Shown: positions 45,239 through 55,404, counted from the stretch's first letter. The stretch is 64,000 bases of DNA from Candidatus Methanomethylophilaceae archaeon (GCA_017468935.1 JAFUHJ010000120.1:4567-68566); one strand, 5' to 3'. Notes: generated by a model from the sequence alone, not told the origin. Numbers and translations: made by a program.

Positions 45239-46145
45239 GCTTCTTCTGCGCATCGGCAAGGAGGTCGCACGACTTGCACCTCTTGCCGACCGTAGGCTCT
45301 CCGCACTTGCAGAGGTGGAGGTTCGATGTCGTGTATTCCTTGTACAGCATCGGACGCAGTGTATCGTAAGATGAGACTATGCTGTGCCTTGAACCCGGGG
45401 ACCTGTCCTCGAGCTCGTCGACGATGGACCTGTACTGGTTCCTGAGGGCCTCTGTCCAATAAGGGCATTCCCCGTCCCAGAACTCTATTCCGTTGACTAT
45501 GGCATATAGCAACGTCTCCTTCTCCGGGATCAGTCTCAAAGGAAGGAATCTGGGGATGAGTCCCGGCTGCACCCTCTCATGGGGCCCGAGCCTGGCCAGC
45601 CTCTCCACGTCGCCTCTGACGAAGTTCATCATTATCGACTGCGCCATGTCATCGAGATTATGTCCTGTCGCCAGGTACTTGGCCCCGATCAACCTGGCCT
45701 CGTCGTTCATGAGTCTCCTGCGGAAAACTCCGCAGTATGTGCAGGGACTGCTGTCCCTGGACAATGGCGCTATTGAATCCATCGTAACGCCAAGTTCTTT
45801 GAACGAGCGGAGATGGAACTGTATGTCGTTCTTCTCGCAGAATCTTCTCACGATGTCCACGCTGGGAGGACGGTACCCTTCGATACCTTCGTCTATTGTG
45901 ATGGCGTGTACCCCAACCCTGTTGCGCTCTCCGAACACATCGCTGATGAGCTTCAGAAGGACCATGCTGTCCTTCCCTCCTGAGACCGCTACGGCGATCT
46001 GTTCCCCTGGATAGACCTTGATCTGTTTCCTGATCTCCCTCTTGACCCTCTTCTCCACGAACCTCGAGAAATCCTCGGCACACAGGTGCATGCCGTTGTA
46101 GCGGATGAACGTGACCGCCTCTGCCCCGCAATGGTCACATTTCAT
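45225..46145 (-). CDS. tRNA 2-thiolation PP-loop ATPase (NcsA/TtuA/Ctu1 family)
   Basis: N-terminal CDHC..C Zn finger, AVAVSGGKDSMVLL PP-loop, ATGHNLDD, and C-terminal CKCGEP..CKSC. ATG at 46145 chosen, 7 nt after the cdc6 stop. Confidence 0.85.
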   Translation of the reverse strand: MKCDHCGAEAVTFIRYNGMHLCAEDFSRFVEKRVKREIRKQIKVYPGEQIAVAVSGGKDSMVLLKLISDVFGERNRVGVHAITIDEGIEGYRPPSVDIVRRFCEKNDIQFHLRSFKELGVTMDSIAPLSRDSSPCTYCGVFRRRLMNDEARLIGAKYLATGHNLDDMAQSIMMNFVRGDVERLARLGPHERVQPGLIPRFLPLRLIPEKETLLYAIVNGIEFWDGECPYWTEALRNQYRSIVDELEDRSPGSRHSIVSSYDTLRPMLYKEYTTSNLHLCKCGEPTVGKRCKSCDLLADAQKKLSNL

Positions 46146-47325
46146 CGATATCCTCTCTTCCTGTGAGTTCCGAATCAAGCATGTCCGCGACCTTGGATGC
46201 CAACACCTTGGAGGGTATGTCAGGGAGCGATACCGTCGTGGTCCTTCCTCCCTTTCCGGACGATGAGACGCGGGTCTTCACCAGTCCGACCTTCTCCAGG
46301 TCCTGTACGTATCCCCAGAACTGAGTGTGCTTGCGTGCGGGAACATCGTATTCCTCGCAAGCGATCGCGTAGGTCTTCTCCGCGGCCGAGATTGGTATCA
46401 TGACGTTCTGCTTCATGGCACGGGCTATAGCGAGAAGGGTGAGCTTCCTGTTCAGATCCAGTGCTTCGATCTTCGATTCGGACACGATGCTGTATATCCC
46501 TGCTTTCGCGGCACGGACGTTCTCCACAGTAACCTCGCCTACAGATTCCTCCTCTGCGAGATTTGCCGCCCTCTCCAGCAGCTCTATTGCCATCCTGGCA
46601 TCCCCGAACTCCTCGGAACTGTCAGCGATCTGATCCAATACCTCGTCACCGACCTTTCCCGGAAGCAGTGCCTCTTCGGCCCTCTCCTTGGCTATCTGTC
46701 TCAGTTCCTCGCGAGAATACCTATCGAATCTGACCATGGTGGTGCGTCTGAACGTTGATGCGGTAGCATCGTCCATCATACTGTAGATGGACTGCTGCGA
46801 GATCAGGATGATCGATACCGGGGCGGGCTTGCTCGTATCGTCGGACAATCTGGTGATCTGATAGATGATGTCCACGGTGGACTTCTTCAGTAACACGTCC
46901 ACCTCATCAAGTATCACGACAAGTGGCTTCTTGTTCTTCACCAGATGGTTCTTCAGGACACGTGCCATGTCCTCGACCGAGAATCCCCTTTCCGGATATC
47001 CCTTGTCGAAATATCTGATCAGATTGAGGATGACGGAGTTCTCGGAACTGTTGTTCCTGCAGTTGATATAGATGATATCCAGCGCCATGCCCCTTCCGGC
47101 ACAGTAATCCTTCATATCCTGACAGAACCTCTTGGCCGTGACCGTCTTACCCGTACCTACCGGACCCATAAGGAACGCATTGCAGGTACGGTCGTATTCC
47201 ACAAGAGGGCGGAAAAGGACCTCCAGATCATGCATCTGGTCCTGCCTGTTGACAAGGTTCTTCGGTACGTAGTCGTACTCGAACCTGCTCGGATCCTTGA
47301 TGATACTGGACGCTTTCTCGAACAT
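46135..47325 (-). CDS. cdc6: Orc1/Cdc6 replication initiator
   Basis: VPKNLVNRQDQM, Walker A GPVGTGKT, VILDEVD, and a C-terminal winged helix. ATG at 47325 (MFEKASSIIKDP) chosen over the longer ORF. Confidence 0.93.
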   Translation of the reverse strand: MFEKASSIIKDPSRFEYDYVPKNLVNRQDQMHDLEVLFRPLVEYDRTCNAFLMGPVGTGKTVTAKRFCQDMKDYCAGRGMALDIIYINCRNNSSENSVILNLIRYFDKGYPERGFSVEDMARVLKNHLVKNKKPLVVILDEVDVLLKKSTVDIIYQITRLSDDTSKPAPVSIILISQQSIYSMMDDATASTFRRTTMVRFDRYSREELRQIAKERAEEALLPGKVGDEVLDQIADSSEEFGDARMAIELLERAANLAEEESVGEVTVENVRAAKAGIYSIVSESKIEALDLNRKLTLLAIARAMKQNVMIPISAAEKTYAIACEEYDVPARKHTQFWGYVQDLEKVGLVKTRVSSSGKGGRTTTVSLPDIPSKVLASKVADMLDSELTGREDIDEM

Positions 47326-47396
47326 CTGAATTCCTCTCGTGGTCTGTTGTTGGTATGGATATCCACGTTTCTGGCGATTCGACCATGTATTCGCCC

Positions 47397-47412
47397 AATA
47401 AAATCTTTTATT
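47397..47412. promoter_or_regulatory. 16-bp AT palindrome AATAAAATCTTTTATT in the cdc6/rfcS divergent spacer
   Basis: Only AT-rich element in the 113-bp spacer. Probably a shared or bidirectional TATA region. Confidence 0.4.
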
Positions 47413-47438
47413 ACAACGGACATCGCTGACCGATTCCA

Positions 47439-48398
47439 ATGAATGAGATTTGGACAGAGAAGTACAGGCCCAAGAATCTGGATGATGTCGTGGGTCAGAA
47501 GCATGTGACCGAGAGACTCAAGGCATACGTCTCGTCAAGGAACATGCCGCATCTGCTCTTCACGGGACCCGCGGGTACCGGTAAGACCACATGCTCGCTC
47601 GCACTGGCCAAATCCATGTTCGGGGATGAATGGAAGGGCAACTTCATCGAGCTCAACGCATCTGACGAAAGGGGAATCGATGTGGTCCGCGGAAAGATCA
47701 AGGAATTCGCAAGGACCGCACCCTTGGGGGGCGCCGAGTTCAAGATCATCTTCATGGATGAGGCCGACGCGCTCACTTCCGATGCCCAGGCCGCTCTGAG
47801 AAGGACCATGGAGAAATTCTCAGGGATCTGCCGTTTCATCCTGTCTTGCAACTATTCATCGAAGATCATCGATCCCATACAGTCCAGATGTGCCGTTTTC
47901 AGGTTCAAGCCACTCAGTGCCGATGAGGTCAGGGAGTTCCTGCAGACGATCATCGACAAAGAGAACGTGGACATCGACGAGGATGCCATGAACGGGCTCG
48001 TCCATGTGGCAAGAGGAGATATGAGGCGTGCGGTCAACTCCCTGCAGGTCGCTGCATCCCTCGGAAAGAAGATCGACCTGGACGTGATCTACCAGACCAC
48101 CGGTATGGCGAATCCTCAGGCAGTCAAGGAGATGATCGAGACCGCTCTCAACGGGAACTTCATCAAGGCCCGCGATATGCTGGACGACATCATGATAACA
48201 TTCGGACTGTCCGGTCAGGATATCATAAAACAGATCCATGCCACATTCTTCGACCTGAGCATCACCGATGCGGAGAAGGTCAGGTTCATGGATAAGACCG
48301 GTGAAATCGAGTTCCGTATCGTGGAAGGAAGCAACGAGAGGATCCAACTGGAAGCGTTGCTCGCATATCTCGTCATGCTCGGCGGAAAATCGAGATGA
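47439..48398 (+). CDS. rfcS: replication factor C small subunit
   Basis: WTEKYRPKNLDDVVGQ, GPAGTGKTT, FMDEADALT and the SRC motif (IQSRCAVFRF). Confidence 0.95.
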   Translation: MNEIWTEKYRPKNLDDVVGQKHVTERLKAYVSSRNMPHLLFTGPAGTGKTTCSLALAKSMFGDEWKGNFIELNASDERGIDVVRGKIKEFARTAPLGGAEFKIIFMDEADALTSDAQAALRRTMEKFSGICRFILSCNYSSKIIDPIQSRCAVFRFKPLSADEVREFLQTIIDKENVDIDEDAMNGLVHVARGDMRRAVNSLQVAASLGKKIDLDVIYQTTGMANPQAVKEMIETALNGNFIKARDMLDDIMITFGLSGQDIIKQIHATFFDLSITDAEKVRFMDKTGEIEFRIVEGSNERIQLEALLAYLVMLGGKSR

Positions 48399-49161
48399 AC
48401 TTCGGGATCAGGACCTTCTTGGCCTCCTCGAGCACCTCTTCACTGGAGCACATCACGAGTATACCGTATTTGTCAACGAGTTCGTGATCGTATACAGCAC
48501 CCGCTTTCTCGGCGATGTGCATACCGGGCTTGAAATCCCAGATCTTGTTGAGGAACCTTATGTGTATGTCCACCCTTCCTGCGGCCAGATATGTGTAATC
48601 GACGGACGATGCGCCGAAGACCTTGAACCTTGCCACATCGCTGTAGCAGTCATGGAAAATCACGGCCTGAGCATCCCTGAACTGCTGAGACCTCCTGCTG
48701 AAGTCACCTGTCGATACGAGACATTGTTTCAAAGGTCTCGGCCCGCAAGTGTGTATCGGTCTGCCGTTCAGGAACGCACCTTCATCCGTCGCCGTGAACA
48801 TCTCGTCGAACACGGGAAGATAGATAGCGGAGGCCTTGGCCTCGCCATCGATCATGAAACAGCCTTGGATTCCGAAGAATGGTATCCCTCTGGAGTAGTT
48901 CATCGTTCCGTCAATCGGGTCGAGTGTCCAGCAGCGTTCCGATACCTTGTCGTCGGGGTTGGTCTCCTCGGATATTATCGTATCATCCGGGAACTCCTTC
49001 CTGATGTCGGCTATGATAGATTCCTCTGCGAGTATATCGGAACCCGTGACGACATCGTACATTCCGATGACGGTGGACTTGTCCCTCGCGGAACGGTCGC
49101 CCTTCATCACGATCTCCGATGCTTTGCGCATCGCCGCTGTCAGAACATCCAACTCTCTCAT
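48373..49161 (-). CDS. suhB: inositol monophosphatase / fructose-1,6-bisphosphatase family protein
   Basis: ISEETNPD, WTLDPIDGTMNYSRG and a WDxxAG-like WDFKPG. 26-nt convergent overlap with rfcS. Confidence 0.88.
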   Translation of the reverse strand: MRELDVLTAAMRKASEIVMKGDRSARDKSTVIGMYDVVTGSDILAEESIIADIRKEFPDDTIISEETNPDDKVSERCWTLDPIDGTMNYSRGIPFFGIQGCFMIDGEAKASAIYLPVFDEMFTATDEGAFLNGRPIHTCGPRPLKQCLVSTGDFSRRSQQFRDAQAVIFHDCYSDVARFKVFGASSVDYTYLAAGRVDIHIRFLNKIWDFKPGMHIAEKAGAVYDHELVDKYGILVMCSSEEVLEEAKKVLIPKFISIFRRA

Positions 49162-49165
49162 GGGA

Positions 49166-50395
49166 TCAGTAACGGTTGTCGAAGATACGGTTGGTCTTCT
49201 TCTCGCTCCTCGGGAGGTATCCGATATCCACCGCCTTGGGTACGATGGTCACTCCGATCTTGGACTTCACCTTCTCCATGAGCTCCTTCTCCGCCGCTTC
49301 GCGCACGTCGCCAACGGCATTGGTCTCGAAATAGACCGTTATGATGTCCTTGCCTTCCAGGTGGTCGATCATGATCTGATACTCGCTGGTGGCGTCCTTC
49401 ATCGTGGCCAGGATCTCCTCGAACTGGGCGGGGAACATGTTGACCCCTTTGACCTTGATCATATCGTCGGTACGTCCTACGATGATGTCGATCCTCGGGA
49501 ACCTGGATCCGCACGGACATTCTCCCGGAATGATCCTTGTGAGGTCATGGGTCCTGTACCTGATGAGCGGTGCACCTTCCTTCCTGAGGGTGGTGATGAC
49601 CAGCTCTCCGATCTCCCCGTCGGGGAGGTTCTTACCGGTCTTCGGATCGATGATCTCGAAATAGATGTAATCGTCCCACATGTGGATACCGTTGCGGTAG
49701 TCACAGCTGATACCTATACCGGGCCCGTATATCTCGGTCAGTCCGTAGATGTCGTAGAAATCGACACCGAGTTCGTTGGCGATGCTGTTACGCATCTTGT
49801 CCCCCCAGCGCTCGGATCCGATGATACCTTTCTTGAGACAGAGCTTGTCCCTGATTCCACGCTTCTTTATCTCCTCTGAGAGCAGGAGCGCGTACGATGA
49901 TGTCGCACAGAGAACGGTGGACTTCAGATCCTCCATCATGCGGAGCTGCTTATCGGTGTTCCCGGGTCCCATTGGGATCGCCATCGCGCCGAGCCTCTCG
50001 CACCCTGCCTGGAAACCGATTCCGGCGGTCCAGAGTCCGTATCCGGGAGTGATGTGTATGCGATCTTTGTCCGTGACCCCTGCCATGACATAGCAGCGTT
50101 CGAAGATGATCGCCCAATCCTCCACATCCTTCTTGGTGTAAGGGATGACGACGGGAGTTCCGGTGGTCCCGGAGGATGAGTGGATCCTGACGATGTCCTT
50201 CTCAGGTACCGCGGCCAATCCCAGGGGGTATGCCTCGCGGAGGTCGGCCTTGTCTGTGAACGGAAGCTTCTCGAATTCCTCTTGCGTCTTGATGTTCTCG
50301 ACTTCGATATCCTTGTACTTCTGAGCGTAGAAGGGGCTGTGCGACTTGAGGGTGGAAAGCTCCCTCATGATCATCTCCTTCTGATACTCGTTCAT
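49166..50395 (-). CDS. phenylacetate-CoA ligase family adenylate-forming enzyme (PaaK / coenzyme F390 synthetase-like)
   Basis: FTDKADLREAYP, IHSSSGTTGTPVV, YGLTE and the C-terminal RSEKKTNRIFD. ATG at 50395 chosen; a GTG lies at 50401. Confidence 0.88.
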   Translation of the reverse strand: MNEYQKEMIMRELSTLKSHSPFYAQKYKDIEVENIKTQEEFEKLPFTDKADLREAYPLGLAAVPEKDIVRIHSSSGTTGTPVVIPYTKKDVEDWAIIFERCYVMAGVTDKDRIHITPGYGLWTAGIGFQAGCERLGAMAIPMGPGNTDKQLRMMEDLKSTVLCATSSYALLLSEEIKKRGIRDKLCLKKGIIGSERWGDKMRNSIANELGVDFYDIYGLTEIYGPGIGISCDYRNGIHMWDDYIYFEIIDPKTGKNLPDGEIGELVITTLRKEGAPLIRYRTHDLTRIIPGECPCGSRFPRIDIIVGRTDDMIKVKGVNMFPAQFEEILATMKDATSEYQIMIDHLEGKDIITVYFETNAVGDVREAAEKELMEKVKSKIGVTIVPKAVDIGYLPRSEKKTNRIFDNRY

Positions 50396-50397
50396 CT

Positions 50398-51147
50398 TCA
50401 CTTCAGTTCACCCCTTTCAATCCTCTCCAACAGTTCGGCGGCCTCAGAGGAACCGCGATTGGAGGCTTTTGTGAGCCACTTCTTGGCATTAGATAAACTA
50501 TGTGTCATTCCTTGTCCATTAATGTGCATTTTTCCAAGCTCACACATGGCGTCCTCCGAACCCATATTGGCAGCTTTGATCATGAACTTCGCAGCCTTGT
50601 CCGGATTCTTCGGTACACCTCTGCCTTCGAGATGGATCAGGCCCAGGCGGTAACCGGCCTTCTCGTATCCGGCTTTGAAGCATTTGGTGTACAGTTCGAT
50701 GGCCCTCGGGATGTCCTGGGGTATCCCGCGTCCCTCGTCGTTCATCACGGCCATCCTGTAGAGCGATACGATGTTGCCCTCCTCGGCGGCCCTTGAATAC
50801 CAATAATATGCTTTCTCCCAATCCTGAGGGATGCCTTCTACATCAGAATACATGAAACCAAGATTGAACATGGCCCTGGCGTCCCCGAGTTCGGCGGACT
50901 TGAGGTAAAGGTCCATGGCCTTCTCGAGATTGCAACTCATGCCGATTCCGTGCGCACGCATGTGGCCCAGATTGCACATGGCCTCTGCATTGCCTTGGTC
51001 GGCAGCGAGACCGAACCATCTGGCAGCCTCCCTCCTGTCCTGCACCACTCCGTCCCCTCTATAGAACAGGTAGCCCATGGCGACCTGCGCATCCGGGTCG
51101 CCGTCCTGGGCCTTCCTGAGGACTTCTTCGAATCCCAAAGGATTCAC
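50398..51147 (-). CDS. Sel1-like repeat (SLR) protein, no signal peptide
   Basis: About six SLR units (A..WY..AA.QG...A...LG.MY..G.G...D). GTG start overlaps the upstream gene's stop. Confidence 0.85.
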   Translation of the reverse strand: MNPLGFEEVLRKAQDGDPDAQVAMGYLFYRGDGVVQDRREAARWFGLAADQGNAEAMCNLGHMRAHGIGMSCNLEKAMDLYLKSAELGDARAMFNLGFMYSDVEGIPQDWEKAYYWYSRAAEEGNIVSLYRMAVMNDEGRGIPQDIPRAIELYTKCFKAGYEKAGYRLGLIHLEGRGVPKNPDKAAKFMIKAANMGSEDAMCELGKMHINGQGMTHSLSNAKKWLTKASNRGSSEAAELLERIERGELK

Positions 51148-52589
51148 CTCCTGGACTTCATGAGGTTCAACAATGCGGCAGCGTCGGGATCACCCTGCTT
51201 GGCCGCCATGTTGAGGTACTTCTTGGCGCGGATGTCGTTCTTCTTGACGTACTTGCCCTCGTAGTAGAGCTTTCCGAGATAGAACTGAGCTTCATAATAA
51301 CCGTCATCTGCGGATTCCTGGAGCAGTTTGAGACCCTCCTCCACATCCTGTTTCACGCCGGATCCCGTGACCTTGAACATTCCGAGGAACGCCTTCGCCG
51401 AAGGGTGTCCCTGCTCGGCGGCCTCGTTGTACCACATCGCGGCCTCCTCCAGGTTCCTCTCCGTTCCCCTTCCTTCGTAATAGAAGCATCCGAGACAGTA
51501 CTGGGAGTTGACCTCTCCCATCTCTGCAGCCTCCTTAAACCATTTCAGGGCCATCTCGTCGCTCTGTTCGTAATAGTAACCGTTGCCGTACATGCAGGCC
51601 AGCGCATACTGCGCATAACCATTGCACCTGTTCGCCGCCTCGGTGAACCAGTGTGCGGCCTTCTTGTAATCCTTGGGGATGACCTGACCTTCGAAGCACA
51701 TGTTGGCGAAGTCGACCATACCTTGCTGGTAACCATTCTCACAGCTCTTCTCCAGCCATTTCACCGCTATCGACGGATCCCTGCTCACTCCCTGACCGTA
51801 TGCATAGCACATCCCGATCTGGTATTGAGCCTCGGCATGACCCTGTTCGGCGGCCTTCTCGAAAAGACTGGCGGCCCTCTTGACATCTGTATGGAACTTC
51901 TTGGGCACCATGCACATGCATCCAAGCGCGAACTGGGCGTCCTTATTCCCGGCCTCGGCGGCACGCTCGTACCATTTGAAGGCCATCTTCTCATCCGGAT
52001 CGGTGTTGCACAGACCCTGGTCGTACATCTGTCCGATACGGTACATCGCTGTACCGTCCCCGCTGTCAGCCGCTCTTGATAGCCATTTTAGGGCAAGGTC
52101 TCTGTCCTTGGGTATTCCCTTCCCCATGAGGTACATGAAACCGATCTTCGCCTGTGCCTCTGCATCTCCATCGGATGCACAGGCCAGGTAGAATCTGACG
52201 GCCTCGGCATGATTCTTCTTGACCTTGTCGTTACCCTTATCGTACATCGCGAACAGCTCGGCCGATGCGACCGTATCCCTCTGTTCCCCGAGGAACCTCT
52301 TCGCGATGAGATCGTCCATGACCGCCTCGGTGTTCCTCTCGAACTCCTTCGCGACGATACCGGCTTCAGTGGATCCTGCATCCTCGGCCTCCGAGAATCC
52401 TCTCTTGGCCGCCTCCTTGTCCTGCTGGATTCCTCCCTCCCCCAGGTACTGGAAGAGCGAATAGAGGTACTTCGCATCCGAATTGGATGATGCCGCTCCT
52501 TTGGCCTCCTGTGCCGCTTTGGAGAGATCGAAATCCTGCGAATGCCGATCCATAAGAGTACGTGCTGAAACAAAAGGTTCCGAAACCAT
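51144..52589 (-). CDS. Sel1-like repeat (SLR) protein, no signal peptide
   Basis: About ten SLR units (e.g. AVRFYLACASDGDAEAQAKIGFMYLMGKGIPKD). ATG at 52589 chosen ~33 nt downstream of a TATA-like element; the ORF extends to a TTG at 52643. Confidence 0.82.
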   Translation of the reverse strand: MVSEPFVSARTLMDRHSQDFDLSKAAQEAKGAASSNSDAKYLYSLFQYLGEGGIQQDKEAAKRGFSEAEDAGSTEAGIVAKEFERNTEAVMDDLIAKRFLGEQRDTVASAELFAMYDKGNDKVKKNHAEAVRFYLACASDGDAEAQAKIGFMYLMGKGIPKDRDLALKWLSRAADSGDGTAMYRIGQMYDQGLCNTDPDEKMAFKWYERAAEAGNKDAQFALGCMCMVPKKFHTDVKRAASLFEKAAEQGHAEAQYQIGMCYAYGQGVSRDPSIAVKWLEKSCENGYQQGMVDFANMCFEGQVIPKDYKKAAHWFTEAANRCNGYAQYALACMYGNGYYYEQSDEMALKWFKEAAEMGEVNSQYCLGCFYYEGRGTERNLEEAAMWYNEAAEQGHPSAKAFLGMFKVTGSGVKQDVEEGLKLLQESADDGYYEAQFYLGKLYYEGKYVKKNDIRAKKYLNMAAKQGDPDAAALLNLMKSRR

Positions 52590-52734
52590 ATGACTGACCT
52601 TCTTCTCCCTATTCACGCGGAATATATGACGCTTTTTATCCAAGACCGACGATCGTCCGAAAGACCTGCGAAATGGTAAGATAACAGGGTTTCAATCAGA
52701 ACGCCTTTTATTCTCGGCACTATATCGGAGTAAT

Positions 52735-53400
52735 ATGTATTCCGACTCGGATATGATGGAGCCTCTCGAAAAGGCGAAATTCATCATACGTAACAATGTC
52801 GATTCGGGATACTTGGAAGCGTACAACACCTTTATGCGCGAATCCAAAAAGAACAGTGCGGAATCCAATTATTATCTCGGACTCATGTATGCACGCGGGC
52901 AGGGCGTACCGAAGAACTACGAGACCGCCCTGATATGGTTCGAGAAGGGTTTCGAGGGAGGGCATCCCGGATGCGCCTACTACCTTGGGATCATAAACCT
53001 CAAGGGGCTTAGCGTCGAACAGAATTCCAAGAAGGCCAAGGAATACTTCCTCATGGCCGCCGGCAGGGGAGATGTCCGTGCGGAGTACGAACTCGGTCTT
53101 CTGCACTTCAAGGATGTCGACATCCCAAGGGATCTCGAGGTATCGGCCAGCTGGATGAAGCTGGCTGCCGAGCACGGACACATAGAGGCGCAGTTCATCC
53201 TGGGCCAGTACTACAAATCCGGTGCCGGTGTGGACAGGGACATACCTCTTGCCGTCAGATGGTTGATGACCGCGGCACTCAACGGCCACTTGGGAGCTCA
53301 GATCCTCCTCGGTAACATGTACAGAAACGGAGACGGCGTCCCGCAGAACCTGGACGAGGCCGAACGCTGGTACGACATGGCCGACGCCAACAGGAACTGA
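52735..53400 (+). CDS. Sel1-like repeat (SLR) protein, no signal peptide
   Basis: About five SLR units (NYYLGLMYARGQGVPKNYETALIWFEKG...). Divergent from the previous two SLR genes. Confidence 0.85.
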   Translation: MYSDSDMMEPLEKAKFIIRNNVDSGYLEAYNTFMRESKKNSAESNYYLGLMYARGQGVPKNYETALIWFEKGFEGGHPGCAYYLGIINLKGLSVEQNSKKAKEYFLMAAGRGDVRAEYELGLLHFKDVDIPRDLEVSASWMKLAAEHGHIEAQFILGQYYKSGAGVDRDIPLAVRWLMTAALNGHLGAQILLGNMYRNGDGVPQNLDEAERWYDMADANRN

Positions 53401-53421
53401 TCCGATTTTTTAGTTTTAAAA

Positions 53422-53436
53422 GGGGGAAGATCCCCC
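53422..53436. terminator. hairpin GGGGGA-AGA-TCCCCC between the convergent SLR gene and fhs
   Basis: 6-bp stem flanked by T/A tracts in a 45-bp convergent spacer. Confidence 0.5.
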
Positions 53437-53445
53437 TGAAATGTT

Positions 53446-55134
53446 TCACTTGAGTCCGACGATCTTTCCGTCGTCCATGAGGTCCATCCTCATCGCTGCG
53501 GGGACCTTGGGCAGACCGGGCATGAGCGTCAGTGTACCGCATTCTGGGACGATGAATCCGGCTCCGGCGGAGATGTTGATCTCCCTGACATGGAGCTTCC
53601 ATCCCTTGGGCACACCCTTCATAGTCGAGACATCGGACAATGATGCCTGGGTCTTGGCGATACAGATGGGGAGGTTTCCGAATCCGTCCTTCTCGTACCC
53701 CTCGATCCTCTTGTCAACCAAGGGGTCGTAGGTGACTCCGTCCGCTCCGTAGATCTTCTTCGCAATGATCTCGATCTTGGACTTGATGGGTTGGTCGAGG
53801 TCGTAGAGGAACTTGAAGTCAGTCTTGGTGCTGTCGATGGTGTCGATAACGGTCTGAGCGAGCTGCTTCGCTCCCTCTCCACCCTTGATGAATCCGTCGT
53901 TGAATGCCACGGGGATTCCCATCTTCTTGCAGTGGTCGCGGATGTAGTCCATCTGCTCCTGTGTATCCTGTGCGAAGTGATTGATACCGACTACCACGGG
54001 GACGCCGTATGAGCTCATGTTCTCGATGTGCTTGTCGAGGTTGCACATTCCCTTCTCGAGGGCCTCGATCGTGAGTGTGGACTCGTCGTCGAGGACTCCT
54101 CCTCCGTGAGTCATCAGGGCCTTGACGGTAGCGACGATCACGACACAGGAGGGCCTGAGACCGGATTCCCTGCAGACGATGTCCATGAACTTCTCTCCTC
54201 CCAGATCGGAAGCGAAACCGGATTCCGTCACGACATAGTCGGCCAGCTTCAAGGCCGTCCTCGTGGCGATTATCGAGTTGTTCCCGTGAGCGATGTTAGC
54301 GAACGGGAATCCGTGGATGAACACGGGCTGTCCCTCGAGGGTCTGCACGAGGTTGGGGTTGATGGCGTCCTTGAGGATGACCATCATTGCACCGACGCAT
54401 TTGAGGTCCTTGACGGTGACGGGTTTGTTGTCGTATGTGTATGCGACAACGATCCTCTCGAGCCTTGCCCTGAGGTCGGCACGGTCCTTGGCCAGACAGA
54501 GGATGGCCGCGATCTCGGATGCCGATGTGATGATGAATCCAGACTCATGTGGGACTCCGCCCTTGATCTTGTCCTTTCCAAGACCTGTGACGATGTTCCT
54601 GAGTTCACGGACGTTCATGTCGACGGTCTTTCTCCACACGACACGTGCGGGATCGATTTGCAGAGGGTTGTCCCTGACGAGCTCGTTGTCCACGATGGCG
54701 GACAGGAGGTTGTGAGCCGCTGCGACTGCGTGGATGTCTCCTGTGAAGTGGAGGTCTATATCCCACATGGGGTACACCTGGGCATATCCTCCGCCGGTCG
54801 CTCCTCCCTTGATTCCGAAGGTGGGTCCAAGCGAAGGCTCCCTGAGTGCTCCGACGACGTTCTTTCCGAGTGCACCGAGTCCCTGCATCAGACCGATGGA
54901 TGTGACCGTCTTACCCTCCCCTGCGGGAGTGGGGGTGATGGCAGTGACCATGACGAGCTTTCCGTCCTTCTTGTCCTTGAGTTTCTCCAGGTTCTCGATG
55001 GGGACCTTTGCGATGTACTTTCCGTAAGGGCTGATGTCGTCCTCTGTGAGACCGATCTTAGCTGCAATTTCCTTGATTGGTTTGGGATTCGCCTCATAGG
55101 CGATCTCGATGTCAGATAACATGATGGGTGCCAT
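53446..55134 (-). CDS. fhs: formate--tetrahydrofolate ligase
   Basis: SDIEIA, TPTPAGEGKTVTSIGL, PSLGPTFGIKGGATGGGY and FANIAHG are FTHFS signatures. An alternative Met at 55122 fits the TATA-like element at ~55146-55154. Confidence 0.95.
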   Translation of the reverse strand: MAPIMLSDIEIAYEANPKPIKEIAAKIGLTEDDISPYGKYIAKVPIENLEKLKDKKDGKLVMVTAITPTPAGEGKTVTSIGLMQGLGALGKNVVGALREPSLGPTFGIKGGATGGGYAQVYPMWDIDLHFTGDIHAVAAAHNLLSAIVDNELVRDNPLQIDPARVVWRKTVDMNVRELRNIVTGLGKDKIKGGVPHESGFIITSASEIAAILCLAKDRADLRARLERIVVAYTYDNKPVTVKDLKCVGAMMVILKDAINPNLVQTLEGQPVFIHGFPFANIAHGNNSIIATRTALKLADYVVTESGFASDLGGEKFMDIVCRESGLRPSCVVIVATVKALMTHGGGVLDDESTLTIEALEKGMCNLDKHIENMSSYGVPVVVGINHFAQDTQEQMDYIRDHCKKMGIPVAFNDGFIKGGEGAKQLAQTVIDTIDSTKTDFKFLYDLDQPIKSKIEIIAKKIYGADGVTYDPLVDKRIEGYEKDGFGNLPICIAKTQASLSDVSTMKGVPKGWKLHVREINISAGAGFIVPECGTLTLMPGLPKVPAAMRMDLMDDGKIVGLK

Positions 55135-55190
55135 TCATTATGCATAAATAATAGTAGTTGCGAGCGCCACCTGAAATAGTTCTAGATTTG

Positions 55191-55231
55191 TTAGGCTACC
55201 CTAAATTTATATATTATTTAGTTGTTCCTAA
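55191..55231 (+). promoter_or_regulatory. operator-TATA-operator module 1: TTAGGCTACCCTAA - ATTTATATATTAT - TTAGTTGTTCCTAA
   Basis: Two 14-nt TTAG(G/T)-N4-CCTAA inverted-repeat boxes (55191-55204, 55218-55231) flank a TATA element. The half-sites equal those of the DtxR box. No ORF lies downstream on the plus strand. Confidence 0.6.
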
Positions 55232-55271
55232 ATTTGTCAAGTTCCGACCCAAAAGTCGGTTGACGCAGAGA

Positions 55272-55293
55272 CCGGGGATCGGGGGGTCTCCGG
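55272..55293. repeat. 22-nt G-rich repeat copy A (CCGGGGATCGGGGGGTCTCCGG)
   Basis: Matches copy B at 20 of 22 positions. The two copies fall in different reading frames of the minus-strand 68-aa ORF. Confidence 0.8.
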
Positions 55294-55404
55294 ATCTGCA
55301 AACCGTTTAGTGTAGCAAGAAGTCGGAGGACCGTCAATAGCCTCATGGATGTAACCGATAATCATTCGGTTCTGCGATGACTGATACATCATTAGTAACC
55401 TCAG

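Noticed and set aside
47326-47438. Replication origin expected next to cdc6.
   Set aside because: The cdc6-rfcS spacer is only 113 bp. It contains one AT palindrome and no repeated ORB or mini-ORB-like elements that I could find. An origin may lie elsewhere and cannot be supported from this window.
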